This document shows positions 12,082-24,260 of a stretch of 40,558 bases of DNA, piece by piece; position 1 is the stretch's first letter, and the number at the start of each line of letters is the position of its first letter. A model generated the notes under the pieces. It saw nothing but the letters and a program-made list of their open reading frames with translations, was not told the origin of the DNA and ran no database searches. A program made the translations under genes and the position numbers. This DNA is from Chiloscyllium plagiosum (taxonomy: Eukaryota): NCBI RefSeq assembly GCF_004010195.1, contig NC_057751.1, positions 6,476,699 through 6,517,256 on the forward strand, read 5' to 3'.

Positions 12082-13365
12082 TCTGAGATTATCATTCACC
12101 AGAAACTTGAGGGGCTCACCACATCAACACAGTGGCTACAAGAGCAGGTCAGAGGCTAAGAATACTGCAGCAAGCAACTCATCTCCTGACTCTCCGAAGC
12201 CTGTTCACCATCTATAAGGCACAAGTTAGGAGTGTGATGGATTACTCCTCACTTGCTTGGATAGGTGCAGCTCCAATAACACTGAAGGAGCTCGACACCA
12301 TCCAGGACAAAGCATCCCGCTCGACTGACACTACATCCACAAGCGTCCACACCCACCACTGATGCTCAGTAGCAGCAGTGTGTACTATCTACAATAGTAC
12401 TTGCAGAAATTCACCAAAGATTCACAGACAGCACATTCTAAACTCACGACCAATTCCATCTGGAAGGACATGGGCAGCAGACATATGGGAACACCACCAC
12501 ATTCAAGTTCTCCTCTAAGCCACTTAGCATCCTGACTTAGAAATATATTGGTGTTCCTTCACTGTCGCTGAGTCAAAATCCTGGAATTCCTTCCCTAATG
12601 CATTGTGGGTCAGCCCACAGCAACTGGACTGCAGCAGTTCAAGAAAGCACCTCACCATCACTGCCTGAAGGACAATTCGGGATGAGGAATAAATGCTGGC
12701 CAGTCAGCAATGCCCATTGTTATGGAACAGGCCAGACCCCCTCAAAACATTTCAAGAAAGTAGCCCAGACCCTAACTTTTCTAGTTGCTGTAAGCAGGTG
12801 TAAGTTGGATATTCCAGGAGTGAAATTCAGCTGGTCAAACTATTCAGTATTAAACAGAACAGAATTTATTTACAGACTACAAAATGAAACACAAGCAAAA
12901 GCAAACAGAATTTAGAATAACAAGTATTTGAAAACACGACAACGCGATATCCCCTGCAACTGAACAAAAACCTGTTACAATTTTCTGCAACATTCTGTAA
13001 ACACACCCCTTGGCAAAAAGGTAAATTCAAACACAAGTTCTTACAGGAGAGAGAGAGAGAGATAGCAAAAAGGATCAGCTAGGAATCATTCCCAGCAGCT
13101 TCTCGGGGTCCCCAGCTAAAACTATAAAAAACTAGAAAACTCCCTGAACTGAGAGAACTGGCCACGATCCTTTCATTGTCCAAGTGTTTTTGAAAAAAAA
13201 TACCTGAAAGCCTTTTTCCTGATTGTTGCCTTAGGTAGTATCCTGGCCTAATCCAGACAAATCGGAGCCTCTGCCCTTTACAACCCTTTTGAAAAAAGCC
13301 AAGGATAATATAACTTTGTTAAAGGAGCAGCAGCATCACACCATGTCCCACAAAATGAATATTTT
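12082..13365 (+). mobile_element. Second CR1-group LINE (distinct lineage), 3' fragment, interrupted by a solo LTR
   Basis: RAGQRLRIL...IYKAQVRSVMDYSSLAW.GAAPITLKELDTIQDKA is an RT C-terminal region. The tail aataaatgctggccagtcagcaatgcccat continues as gtcccacaaaatgaat after the LTR. Confidence 0.8.
12718..13340 (-). mobile_element. Solo LTR (Gypsy-type), 623 bp
   Basis: Termini TGTTAT...ATCACA with 4-bp TSD ccat (12714-12717 and 13341-13344). Related to the LTR at 34852-35802, from which the strand is inferred. Confidence 0.88.
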
Positions 13366-13376
13366 AAAAATGAATA

Positions 13377-14104
13377 CAGGGGAACCTTGATTATCCGAAT
13401 GCCAATTATCCGAAAATCGGATTATCCGAAGGAGATCATGGGGTCCCGATAGAAACATTACATCAAAGATGTGTTTCCAACAGTGAGTAAACAGGCACCA
13501 TCTCTAAATAACTGACCTCCCACCCTCTCTCTCTGCCCACACTTTCCCTGGAGTTCCACAGAGAGATATACCCTGAACCCCCTTCCCCAGACAATCTCTC
13601 CTACATTGTCCTATATAGGTTAAAGGAGGAACCTGTCAAAAAGTTGCAGTAAGTGTGTGTGCATGCGCACGCGAGAGACTTACCCCACAAAGGCAGCAGT
13701 AGCAGCAAGCAGTCTTGCTGTTGGTGTCCAGTCCAACTGCCCCGGACAGGGGCCAGGGTGGGCGGGGTGAGTGGGGGATGTGCACATGGTTGGAGGGGGC
13801 GGTGTTGGGGGTAGTGTTGGATGGAGTTGGGGCGGGAGCAGGGTGGGGGGTGGTGTTGGACAGGGGCATGGGCACGGGCAGGGAATGGTGTTTGACAGAG
13901 GCGGTGGCAGTGTTGGACGGGGTTTCGGGGTGGTGTTGGACAGGGTTGGGGGTGGGCTGTGTGCTGCTGCAGTCTCCTGACCAGAGAGCAGACTTTACAA
14001 ACTCCGAGCCCCAGAGGAAAAGCATTTAATCGATTAACCGAATAATCGATTATCCGAACAAAATAGTGCCCGCCCATCTCGTTTGGATAATCGAGGTTCT
14101 CCTG
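13377..14104. mobile_element. Non-autonomous Tc1/mariner (pogo/Tigger-like) MITE, 728 bp
   Basis: TA TSD (13375-13376 and 14105-14106). Terminal inverted repeats caggggaaccttgattatccgaa and ttggataatcgaggttctcctg, with repeated subterminal attatccgaa motifs. Confidence 0.9.
13745..13960 (+). repeat. G-rich degenerate minisatellite (recurring ggtggtgttggacaggg-like unit) inside the MITE
   Basis: Several gtgttgga(c/t)-containing units separated by G-runs. It explains the Pro/Gly-rich spurious ORFs at 13601-14113. Confidence 0.8.
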
Positions 14105-14613
14105 TATACCCATAATAAGACCACCTTGAAACTATATCAACTGAATTGGATGGCCAAACATCTATTTCTCAGGCAATGTAATGATAAATTTTGTCTAAGT
14201 TCTATTTTTACATGTATTCATGCCTACTTTTAACTAGTCAAATTGATGTCTTTCCTCTCCCAAGGGGGTCCCATAACCATGTCCAGAAGAGTGCATATTT
14301 GCTTCACAAATATACCCTGGCTGTCCAAACAACTTTGTCAGGTTCAGATTTGCTTGAACCTGTCTAGTTTGTGCATTGTGTGGTGAAACATTGTGTGTTA
14401 CAAATGAAACAAGAGCATACACAGTTGCAGATGTCAATGGGCAGCTACCTTCAAATATACAAATAAAAAAATGCAACCTGACATCATTCCTGTTCCTGAG
14501 AACATAGCAGGTGCTACCTTTGTGGGCAAGATTTAAAATTTTCAGGAATTTTGAAGATAAAATGGTAAAAAGCAGAATATTTGCCTATAACATGAACACA
14601 CATTTGCAACATA

Positions 14614-16400
14614 TGATTTGATTTTGATTTGATTTGATTTACTGTTGTCACATGTACCAAAGTACAGTGAAAAGTTATGTTTTGCGAGCAAAACAGGAAG
14701 ATTATCGTGAACAAGAGTATCCAGCTCATAGGGTGCTCAGACAGATCGAGGATTACACGGTTACGACTGCACAGGAGGTGCACAAAGTAAAATGAACATT
14801 AGCAAGATCAACATTATTTGAAATGAGAGACATCCATTCAGCAGTCTAATAACAGCAGGGAAGAAGTCATTGGTGCGGTGTGTTCAAGCTTCTGTATCTT
14901 CTGCCTGACAGAGAGGTTGGAAGAGAGCATTAGCGGGGTAGGAGAGGTCTTTAATGATGTTGGCAGCCTTTCTGCAGCAACGAGAAGTGTAAGTGGAGTC
15001 CATGAATGGGAGGTTGGCTTCCGTGATGGTCTGAGTTGTGCACACCGCCTTCTGTGGTTTCTTACAGTCCTGGGCAGAGTAGTTGCCGTATCAAGCCGTT
15101 ATGTACCCAAATAGAAGGCTTTCTATAGTGCAGCTGTAAAAGGTGTTGAGGGTCCTTATTGATGTGCCAATTTCTTAAGCCGCCTGAGGAAGAAGACATG
15201 TTGTTGTGCCTTCTTGACTGTCACATCTATGTGCGAAGTCCAGGACAGATTCCAGGACTCCTCGGAACTTGATGCTCTGACCCTCTCCACCTCAGCTCCA
15301 TTGATATAGATAGGTGTGTGTCCTCTTCCTTTCTTTCTGAAGTCAATGATCATTTCTTTTGTTTTGCTGTGTTATGAAGGTTTAGAAGTGTAGTGTACCT
15401 TTAAGAGAGTGAAGGACTTAGGAAACACACAGAGTGCTGGAGAATTTACAATGTCACATTTGGTCCAGCAGCTAGCACTAGATGAGTTGCTTTGAGATAA
15501 AAACAAACTCAAATTCAGCCTATCAGTTTAAATTATACCCCAAGATACCAACCTCCAATCAAGTTTGAATTTGATATTTTGACAATATTAAGACCAATGA
15601 AATGATCAGATGCTTTGGGATATAAGACCAGGAAAAAAATTGAACATTTGGGGGAGAACTGTCAAGCCACTAGCATGTACAGACTGCCCAAAACACAGCA
15701 CTCTTTAAGGTACCTTTATTTATCCATGGCCTGTGAAACAGAAATCCCTAAGACGAATTTACAGAGGAAGATCCAAAGGGAAGATTTGACAGCTGCTTGG
15801 TTTTGAAATTTGAATTTTTGGTAAATCTTACTCGGGGGTTTTATTAGACTAGTATTATAGAAGGGAAAGTAAAAGATAGATTTAGAGGAAGGAGTTGTAA
15901 ATAGTTGTTAATTAATTTTTTTTTATACTTTAAGAAATAAGGTTGTTAATTTTTACTTTAAATAGTTCTTGGCCTGTCAAAGTTTTACAGATTACTGCAT
16001 GGGATAAATCTTTTCTGTGTTGCTGGTTTAACTTAAGCAGGGAGGTTTACCCGTGTCGTAACAACTGACATTGACAGAGAGTTTGTTATAATTGCACCAC
16101 GACACCAAGCACTCTATCTCCTTCTTGTATTCTGACTCATCATTGTTTCATAGTTGGCCTACCACAAAGGTGCCATCAGCCAACATGTGAGTGGCATTCA
16201 TATGGAACTTTACTACACAGTCATGGGTGTAAAGGGAGCACAATAGGGGGCTGAGAATGCATCCTTGCAGGGTATCTATATTGAGGATTATTATGGAGGA
16301 GTTGCTGTTGTCCATCTTCACTGGTTGGTGTCTGTGGGTCAGGAAGCTGAGGATCCAGTTGCAGAGGGCAGAGCCAAGGCTTAGGTCTCCGAGTATGGGA
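14614..16400 (-). mobile_element. Rex1/Babar-type LINE, 5'-truncated, split by a solo LTR
   Basis: QGCILSPLLCSLYTHDC...ADGTFVVG (16148-16400) and MIIDFRKK..HTPIYINGAEVERV..LSWTSHID.TVKKAQQH.FFLRRLKK (15156-15353). (gattt)n tail at 14614-14640. Confidence 0.85.
15370..16063. mobile_element. Solo LTR, 694 bp
   Basis: Termini TGTTATGA...TCGTAACA (inverted), with TSD gctg/actg (15366-15369 and 16064-16067). The LINE sequence rejoins across it. Confidence 0.88.
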
Positions 16401-16509
16401 ATATTTATTCCATTTGTCCCCAAAACACTCATTTGTAGATCCAAAAGCACCTCGATGTGATAGTTACACCAGAGAAAATGCTTCTTCTTTAACTTTATTG
16501 TCTTAGCTG

Positions 16510-16595
16510 AAAATGTGTTGCTGGAAAAGCGCAGCAGGTCAGGCAGCATCCAAGGAACAGGAGAATCGATGTTTCGGGCATAAGCCCTTCTTCAG
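16510..16595 (-). mobile_element. Penelope-terminus fragment with a hammerhead motif (16564-16595)
   Basis: Minus strand reads CUGAAGA A GGGC UUAU GCCC GAAA CA UC GAUU with a perfect helix II, followed by the conserved ...gacctgctgcgcttttccagcaacac tail. agctg occurs on both sides. Confidence 0.8.
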
Positions 16596-16819
16596 CTGTG
16601 ATTTTCACCCCTCAAAAATATGCTATCTTCTTTCTGGAGCTTTCAAATAGAAGAGGTTAAATGTTCTCAGCTTCAAATGACCTCTCAGGGTCTTTTCCAA
16701 ACACTCCTAGTCTGACTTAACTCCTTACTCTAAGGTTATCTTCTTTTCTCAGGAGCACTGTTTTACACATACAACTTCATCCAAGACCTATGCAGAACTG
16801 CTCCAAACTGAGACTGTTA

Positions 16820-16955
16820 TAACATTCAAGGAGATGGGACAAATGCAGGAAATTGGGATTCATGCACCTTCAGTGGTAGTTTTTTTTCACCATAGACCTG
16901 ATGGGCCGAAATACCTTTTCTGCACTGTATGACTGTGTGACTCTCTGATTCTAAA
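16820..16955 (+). mobile_element. CR1 3' UTR fragment
   Basis: gatgggccgaaataccttttctgcactgtatgactgtgtgactctctgattcta is a CR1-type tail. Confidence 0.7.
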
Positions 16956-17367
16956 ATAAAAATATCTTTTCCAAACGAGGTGTTTCCCCTAAGATTAGAG
17001 AAACAAAAAACTCAGATATTTACAGCCAAAACCCGAATGCACAATTGTTTATCTTATTCAGTTATCAACTTTGCTAATGATACGAAAACCAATTAATCTT
17101 GGAGGCGACCTCTCTCCAACTGTTTTAAACGAAATCACCATGGCAACAGAAATATGTGCAAGTTAATAATTAAACCTTTCACACACTGAATAAATCAGAT
17201 GTCAATCATTCAGTTTTGTAAAAATCCAAGCTTAAAAGTAAATGATCTGAAAAATATCACACCCGACATCACATTGAGTCCTGCCTATTATCCTTCAGGG
17301 TCCTTGGAGTTGCTCAATGTCATGAAACACCAAAGGCCTTGAAGCATGACAGGCAGGGCTTGATGTG

Positions 17368-17517
17368 TCATAGAGTCATAGAGTCCTAAAGCACAGAGAC
17401 AGGCCCTTTGGCCCAAACTGAACCATGCCGACCAAAATGTCCATCCATGAGAACCCCATTTCCCTGCACTAGGCCCGTATCCTTCTAATCCTTTCCTATC
17501 CATGTATTTTGCCCAAA
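17368..17517 (-). mobile_element. CR1 3' end fragment
   Basis: (catagagt)n tail and MDRKGLEGYGPSAGKW on the minus strand. Confidence 0.85.
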
Positions 17518-18460
17518 TGCGATGTAAGATGTGATATTTTTCATATCATTTGTTTTTAAGCTTGGACTTTTATCAGTAACTGGGCCGAGAATCAGGAATT
17601 GAAAGTGGAAAAGAACTGGCTGATCGTGAGACATACATATAGATACACAACTCTGTCCAGCCTTGGAGCGTCCCGAAATGCTTCAAAGGCAACATTGCCT
17701 TTGAAGTACAGTCACTGTTACAATATAGGGATTATACAAGAATGAGATAGTTGTGTTGGGTGGAATGCTTTGTCCCCCACAGCAATCAGAAGACAAATGA
17801 AAAAATCATGTAATCAGGAAAAAATCAAAATTGTGTGATGAAAGAGTGAAGGTATGAAATTAAAGTTGAGAACTTTGATGGGGAACTCACATTCGTTAAT
17901 GAGTTGTTGAGTCAATAGCTCTTTGTATTGCGGGATGATGGCGCAAATTCTGTTCATTGGAGCATAGGCAAATAGCTGAAAGGTTATTACCAATTTTGTG
18001 CTTAGTGGAATTCAGTGTATGAGGAGCATACATAGGAACTGTTCATAACTTCAATTTAGGACAGACATATGATTTATACATCATGATTATCCTTCAATTC
18101 AGTTCCAACTATTTGAATAAATATTCAACAATTTGTTCTCATCTGTATAATTATTACTTTAATATTGAATGTATATTGTGCCATTTTTATATGGAAGGCT
18201 CTTGCAATTTTCTTTGCAAGCATATTCTGGGAAATGGACGATGTTTGACAGTCTCAAATATCAATGTCACTTGTTGCATGATTCACTACAATAATGAGAG
18301 CACTTATCATGTACTGAGACATTTCAATACACTTCAGGGCAGTGGAGGCAAAAACTGATAATTTGCAGTTGAGGGAAAGTGGAAAGGAAATAAGGACAAG
18401 ACATTTAAGAGTGCAACATGATGTCTGATGGAGTAGTACTAGAAAGTACTACAAGAAAGC

Positions 18461-18770
18461 CGGTGGCACAGTGGTTAGCACTGCTGCCTTACAGCACCAG
18501 AGACCTGGGTTCAATTCCTGCCTCAGGCGACTGTGCAAACTCTACACAGACAATCTCCCGTGTCTGCATGGGTTTCCTCCGGGTGCTCCGGTTTCCTCCC
18601 ACAGTCCAAAAAAAATGTGCAGCTTAGGTGAATTGGCCACGCCAAATTGCCCGTAGTGTTAGGTGAAGGGGTAAATGGGTCTGGGTGGGTTGCGCTTTGG
18701 CGGGTCGGTGTGTGGACTTGTTGCGCCGAAGGGCCTGCTTCCACACGGTAAGTAATCTAATCTAATCTAA
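18461..18770 (+). mobile_element. HE1-type tRNA-derived V-SINE with an internal micro-inversion
   Basis: A box ggtggcacagtggttagc, B box ggttcaattcc, V-domain gggtttcctccgggtgctccggtttcctccc, and (taatc)n tail. Confidence 0.93.
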
Positions 18771-19793
18771 AAAAGAGCCGTGAGGGCAAGGAATTCCAAG
18801 GTGTGAACTTAAAATTGAAGTGGCATCAACTGGTGCTGCAACAACATCAGAGAAGAAGGGATAGATAAGTACTGGGGAAGAGGAGCTTCAACACAGGGAC
18901 AAATGACTGAAGGAAATTGCTGAAGGAAGTTTAGGTTTGCCATGAAGATGTGAATAAGGATCTTAAAATCTATCTCCATGAGGGGCTGCAACCATGGATG
19001 CTGAATATTTCTTCACAGCACTATGGAGGTTGTCTGGTTTGGAAGATAGAGAGTGGGAAGAATTACAATTTGGGAAAAAAAACAGAATATTCAATCTTAT
19101 TATCTGGAATTGTTTTTTCAAGCTTTGGTGTAGCAAACACTATTGAATTGCAATTTTGCTGTCAACTTGTTCGACAGCATATCAAGGAGATGAATAGTAA
19201 ATTTTGAGCTAACGGTAGACAATTCTCAAAGAAAAGCTGAGCCTCAGGTGAATAGACTTCCAAGTAGGATGATAGGAGACAATAGCCTTGAAATCTTGAA
19301 AGACTACAGTGATGAATAAAGAATCATCTCTTTCATGACTGATGAGCTAGATTTGAATTTCCTAATTGTATGTAGCAGTCACTCAGTGTAACACTTCATG
19401 TTCATGTAATCTTTTGTTGAAGAGTTGTGACGCACAAAGGTGTATTTCATGGAGATATTGCCACTTATGCAAATACAAAAGGGTTGAATTTCCCAGCCTC
19501 TGAATGACATGGGCAATGGTGAGTTAGTTGTGAAGACATGGTGAGATCAGAAAAAGAGGACTTCCAATGTAAAGGATAAAAATATCCAACATGATGTGAC
19601 AATTCTCGGCATGAAAGTTGAGTGGGTACTTGACTCCCAGCTTGGTTGTTCAGGCCTCCATCTTCCATGCCCAATAGCACAGGTTTCACTCCATAGGCTG
19701 TTACTGCCCGCATAACAGTCCATCAAGGTTAGTGGTGGACAAGCTGCAGTCACAACATATCCATATGGCACATCTCTGACTCACTTTGAATAC

Positions 19794-19890
19794 AAACACA
19801 GAAATTGCTGGAAAAGCTCAGCAGGTCTGGCAACAGCTGCGGTTAGAAATCAGAGTTAATGTTTTGGGTTCAGTAACTATTCCTCAGAAT
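19794..19890 (-). mobile_element. Penelope-terminus fragment with a decayed hammerhead motif (19855-19889)
   Basis: Minus strand reads UU CUGAGGA AUAGUUACUGAACCC AAAA CA UU AAC, followed by gacctgctgagcttttccagc. Confidence 0.65.
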
Positions 19891-20094
19891 TTAGAATTCA
19901 GTTGTCCACTTCAGTCCTGAACTTTGGAGTGCACTGCACAGTTCATTTTAATACTGCTGTCAGGCCACTTTGCCCAAGGGACAAGTACCCATTTCATGGA
20001 TTGAACAAGGCGCATCTCACAGCTCTTCACTTGTTGTCAAAGAACTGAATCATTTTGCCTCAACTTGTATGCTAACGACCACTCTGTCATGCCA

Positions 20095-20235
20095 TGTCTT
20101 GTTTTGTTAATATAAATGACAAAAGGCAGTGGCCCCAGCTACCATCCTTGAGGCACACTGCTGGTCACAGGCCTCTGATTTGAAAAACAACACTCCACCG
20201 TCTCCTTCCTTCAAGCCAATTTTGTATCCAAATGG
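20095..20235 (-). mobile_element. CR1 RT internal fragment
   Basis: The reverse complement matches the RPVTSGVPQGSVLGPL.FVIYI region of the CR1 at 4760-4840. Confidence 0.75.
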
Positions 20236-20970
20236 CTAGGTCTCCCTGTATTCCACCACCAATTTGTGGTGCTGGAATGCAGAGGGGATAAGGAAGTAAC
20301 TTGTGCAAGGAAGTAACTCAACATGTAAGAGTTGGGAGACAATTGTTTCTTAGAGGATGTGGGTTACAGCAGGAAGGGACTCATTGCCAGTCACAAACAC
20401 CCTGTCTTTGACAGAGAAACGGTGCAGCATTATTGTTGATATGGCTGAGCTGTAGGGCAGTGGTTCAAGGGGTTTTGTTGGATGAGACTGATGTAAATGA
20501 CAGAGTTGGGTGAGACCCTTGCAGGATCTCTGCTGATGGGGCTGAAAGGGAATGTATGAAAGAAAGGAGCATGGAGGTTTGGAAAATAGAAGGAAAATAC
20601 TGCAAGCTGCTGAAAATCTGAAATCTCTCAGTCCTCAACCCACAAATGAATCAAAACTGTTACCAATGCAAATTATGCCAGGTTGCACCACTTCATCTCA
20701 TTTCTCCATGATAAAGCCAGTGCTGCAACCTGAGCAGTAGATTTTGTTCACATAAGAGGGTTTCCCCCAAGCGCAAGGCACTATAGACTGTATATAATTG
20801 AATTGAGAGTGCTGCTTCAGAAAGCAGCATACTTCATCAACAGACAAGTTCAGTGAATGTAAAAGTTATCTGTGATCATTGGTGCCACAACTTAGTGATT
20901 TGGCACACGTGCCCTGGAAGCTGCCATAGTGCGCATATTCTCGAGAACTCTTATTTTCCTGATTCATCTT

Positions 20971-23420
20971 GATACGCTTGAACAGGTTGATGTGAAGATG
21001 GAAGACGTGCTGAAACTTTTGAACAATGTCAGTATATAGTTAAGGCCCCTGGGCCAGACAGGATATGTCCAAGGTTGCTACAGGAAGTGAAGGAAGAGAT
21101 TCCTGCATCCTTGGCAATGATCTTTGTGTCCTCACTGTCCACTGGAGTAGTGTCAGATGATTTGAGAGTGGCAAATGTTATTCCCTTGTTCAGGAAAGAA
21201 AATCAGGATAATCTTGGGAATTACAAACCAGTCAGTCTTACATCTATGGCAGGTAAATTATTGGAGTGGATTCTGAGAGACAGGATTTATGATTACTTGG
21301 AATATCACAGTTTGATTTCAGATAGTCAGCATGGCTTTGTGAGGGGCAGGTCATACCTCACAAGCCATATTGAAATCTTTGACGATGTGACAAAACACAT
21401 TGATGAAGGTAGAGCAGTAGATGTGGTGTACATGGATTTCGGCAGGGTGTTTGATAAGATTCTCCATGGTAGGCTCATTCAGAAAGTAAGGAGGTAGAGG
21501 ATACAGAGAAATCTGACTGTCTGGATATTGAATTGGCTGGCCCACAGAAGACAGAGGGAGGTGCTAGATGGAAAGTATTTAGCCTGGAGCTCAGTGACCA
21601 CTGGTGTTCCACAGGGATCTGTTCTGGGACCTCTGCTGTTTGTGTGATTTTTATAAAAGTCTTGGATGAGGGAAGTGGGCTGGTAAGTTTGCTGATGATA
21701 CGGAGGTTGCTGAAGTTAAGGATAGTGTGGAGGGCTGTTGTAGGTTGCAATGAGACATTGACAGGATGCAAAACTGGGCTGATAAGTGGCAGATAGCGTT
21801 CAACCTGGAAGAGTGAGAAGTATTTCATTTTGGAAGGTTGAATTTGAATGTAAAATTTAGGGTTAAAGGTAGAATTCTTTACAGTCCATTATCCCTCAAA
21901 GTTGCCACCCAAGTTGATAGGGTTGTTAAGAAGGCATATAGTGTGTTGGGTTTCATTCGCAGGGGGATTGAGTTTAAGAGCCGCAATGATATGCTGTCGG
22001 TCGATAGAGCCCTGGTTAGACCACAATTGGAATATTGTATTCAGTTCTGGTCACCTCATTATAGGAAAGATGTGGAAGCTTTAGAAAGGGTGCAGAGGAG
22101 ATTTACCAGGATGCTGCCTAGACTGCAGGGCATGTCTTATGAAGAAAGGTTGAGGGAGCTAAGGATTTCCTCATTGGAATGAAGAAGGGTGAGTGGCAAC
22201 GTGATAGAGGTGTACAAGGTGATGAGAGGCATAGTTAGAATGAATATAGAGTCATAGAGAGGTTCAGCACAGAAGCATACCCTTCCGTCCAACTCGTCCA
22301 TGCTGACCAGATATCCAAACCTAATGCAGTCCCATTTGCTAGCAATTGGTCTATATCCCTCTAAACCTTTCATATTCATATACCCACCCAGATGCCTTTT
22401 AAATGGTGTAATTGTACTCAACTCCACCACTTCCTCTGGCAGCTCATTTCACACACGCGCCACCCTCTGCATGAAAAGGTTGTCCCTTATGTCCCTTTTA
22501 TATCTTTCCCCTCTCACCCTAAATCTGTGCCCTCTCATTCTGGACACCCGACCCGAGGGAAAAGACCTTGTCCATTTACCCTATCCATGCCCCTCATGAT
22601 TTTATAAACCTCTGTAAGGTCACCCCTCAGCCTCTGATGCTCCAGGGGAAACAGCCCCAGCCTATTCACTCTCTCCCCATAGCTCAAACCCTCCAACCTT
22701 GGCAACATCCTTGTGAATCTTTTCTGAACCCTTTCAAGTTTCACAACATCCTTCCGATAGGGAGACGAGAATTGCACACAATATTCCAGAAGTTGCTTAA
22801 CTAATGTCCTGTACAGTCGCAACATTACCTCCCAAATCCTTATCTCAATGCTCTGTCCAATAAAGGAAAGCATAGCAAACGCCTTCTTCACTATCTTATC
22901 TACGTGCGACTCCACTTCCAAGGAACAATGAACCTGAACTCCAATGTCTCTTTGTTCTGCAACACTGCCCAGGAGTTTACCGTTAAGTGTAGAAGTCCTG
23001 TGCTGCTTTGCCTTTCCAAAATGCAGCACCTTACAATAGTCAGAGACTTTTTTCCCAGAGCAGTAATGGCTATCATGTGGGGGCATAATTTTAAGGTGAT
23101 TGGAGGGACGTTTAGGGGAGATGTCAGAGGTAGGTTCTCTGCACAAAGTGTGGTGTGTGTATGGAATGCACTGCCAAAACGTTTAGGGGAGATGTCAGAG
23201 GTAAGTTGTTTACACAGAGAGTGGTGGATGTGTGGAATGCATTGCCAGTGATGGTAGTAGTCAAATATATTAGGGACATTTAAGCGACTTTTAGATGAGC
23301 ACATGGATGATCGTAAAATAAAGGGTGTACAGGTTAGTATGATTTTAGATTAGGATAAAAGGTTGGCACAACATCAGGGTCCTAAAGGCCTGCACTGTGC
23401 TGTACTGTTCTATGTTCAAC
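20971..23420 (+). mobile_element. CR1 LINE (outer), interrupted by an antisense CR1
   Basis: KAPGPD, VANVIPLFRK..NYKPVSLTS, SQHGF, VDVVYMDF, LVRPQLEYCIQFWSPHY, LERVQRRFTRM. Resumes at 23035 and ends in a gttctatgttc tail. Confidence 0.93.
22247..23034 (-). mobile_element. CR1 LINE (inner), 5'-truncated, nested antisense
   Basis: CKVLHFGK..RDIGVQVH..LEYCVQF..KLERVQKRFTRMLP..RLRGDL on the minus strand. aata occurs on both sides (22243-22246 and 23035-23038). Confidence 0.93.
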
Positions 23421-24139
23421 GTTCTGCCTTCAATCTCAAGGGCTGGGTGCCTTTCGAGGGCAGTTACTGAGAGACAAGGGCACACCTCCACAACAATGGG
23501 TGATAACTCCATTACAAACTTTGACTGAGGTCAGACATATCTACAATGCAGTCCATTCATCATGGAGCAGATGGTTGTTCTCCTGAAGATGAGATTCTGA
23601 TGCTTGGATTGAGTGGTGGACCTTATATCCAACACAGGCAGAACATGCTGCGTAATCCTTGCATGCTAAGCTCTGCCCAATTACAGAGTGGATAGGATGC
23701 ATGCTGAAGTGCTGGGAAAAAGAGAAAATTTTCCAAAGAGGAAAATGATGTTACTGAGCAGGAAGAACATTAATTTTAGAAAGATGGAGCCCTGCAGCAT
23801 CTGGCATTATGCCAGACAGGACTTATTTGTTCTCCATCTTCAATGGAAGTACGGTCAGTGCAGCAATCATTTCATGGGTGTACATTTATTGTTGTTTGAG
23901 AGGCAAATGGTGCTTTTTCACTCCCAGAAGCAAATGCAGCTCTTCAAAAATGTTTTTTTCTTTGCTTTTGCTACTGTTCTCTGAATGTGTTCCAGCATGT
24001 GATGCTCCCAGACTGCACAATGACAGAAGTTTGTGCCACACTGAATGTTAGGGAAAGCTGAGTACCCCCTTAGATATGACACTAACAAGGTATGGCACCT
24101 AAAATGGATATCCTGTGCTGTTTGATTTTGAACACACAT

Positions 24140-24260
24140 GCAAGGAGCAAGACTAGGCTACTTGGCTCTTTGAGTCTGCTCCTCCATTCAATAAGATCAT
24201 GGCTGATCTAATTTTAATCTCAATGCTCAATATTCCAGCGTATCCCCGATAATCTTTCAT
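24140..24260 (-). mobile_element. CR1 3' UTR fragment
   Basis: ggagcaagactaggctacttggctctttgagtctgctcctccattcaataagatcatggctgatc, same type as 7740-7800. More decayed copies at about 1400-1550 and 25675-25850. Confidence 0.7.

Larger units (their letters stand above)
16405..17273. mobile_element. Probable degraded LTR carrying Penelope-terminus and CR1 inserts
   Basis: Ends in ...gacatcaca like the other LTRs, and an inverted copy of its last ~63 bp lies at 17518-17582. The left boundary is uncertain. Confidence 0.45.

Noticed and set aside
13745..13960. CRISPR-like repeat-spacer array
   Set aside because: Units are degenerate, spacers are low-complexity G-runs, the context is eukaryotic and there are no cas genes.
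13601..14113. Pro/His- and Gly-rich ORFs of 70-170 aa on both strands
   Set aside because: They arise from the G-rich minisatellite inside a MITE with terminal inverted repeats.
14234..14476. 80-aa ORF or exon in unique sequence
   Set aside because: No recognisable homology and no consistent acceptor/donor pair; cannot be supported without RNA data.
22535..23146. Longest ORF (203 aa) as a host gene
   Set aside because: It is a chimeric read-through of an antisense outer CR1 into the inner CR1 ORF2 fragment.
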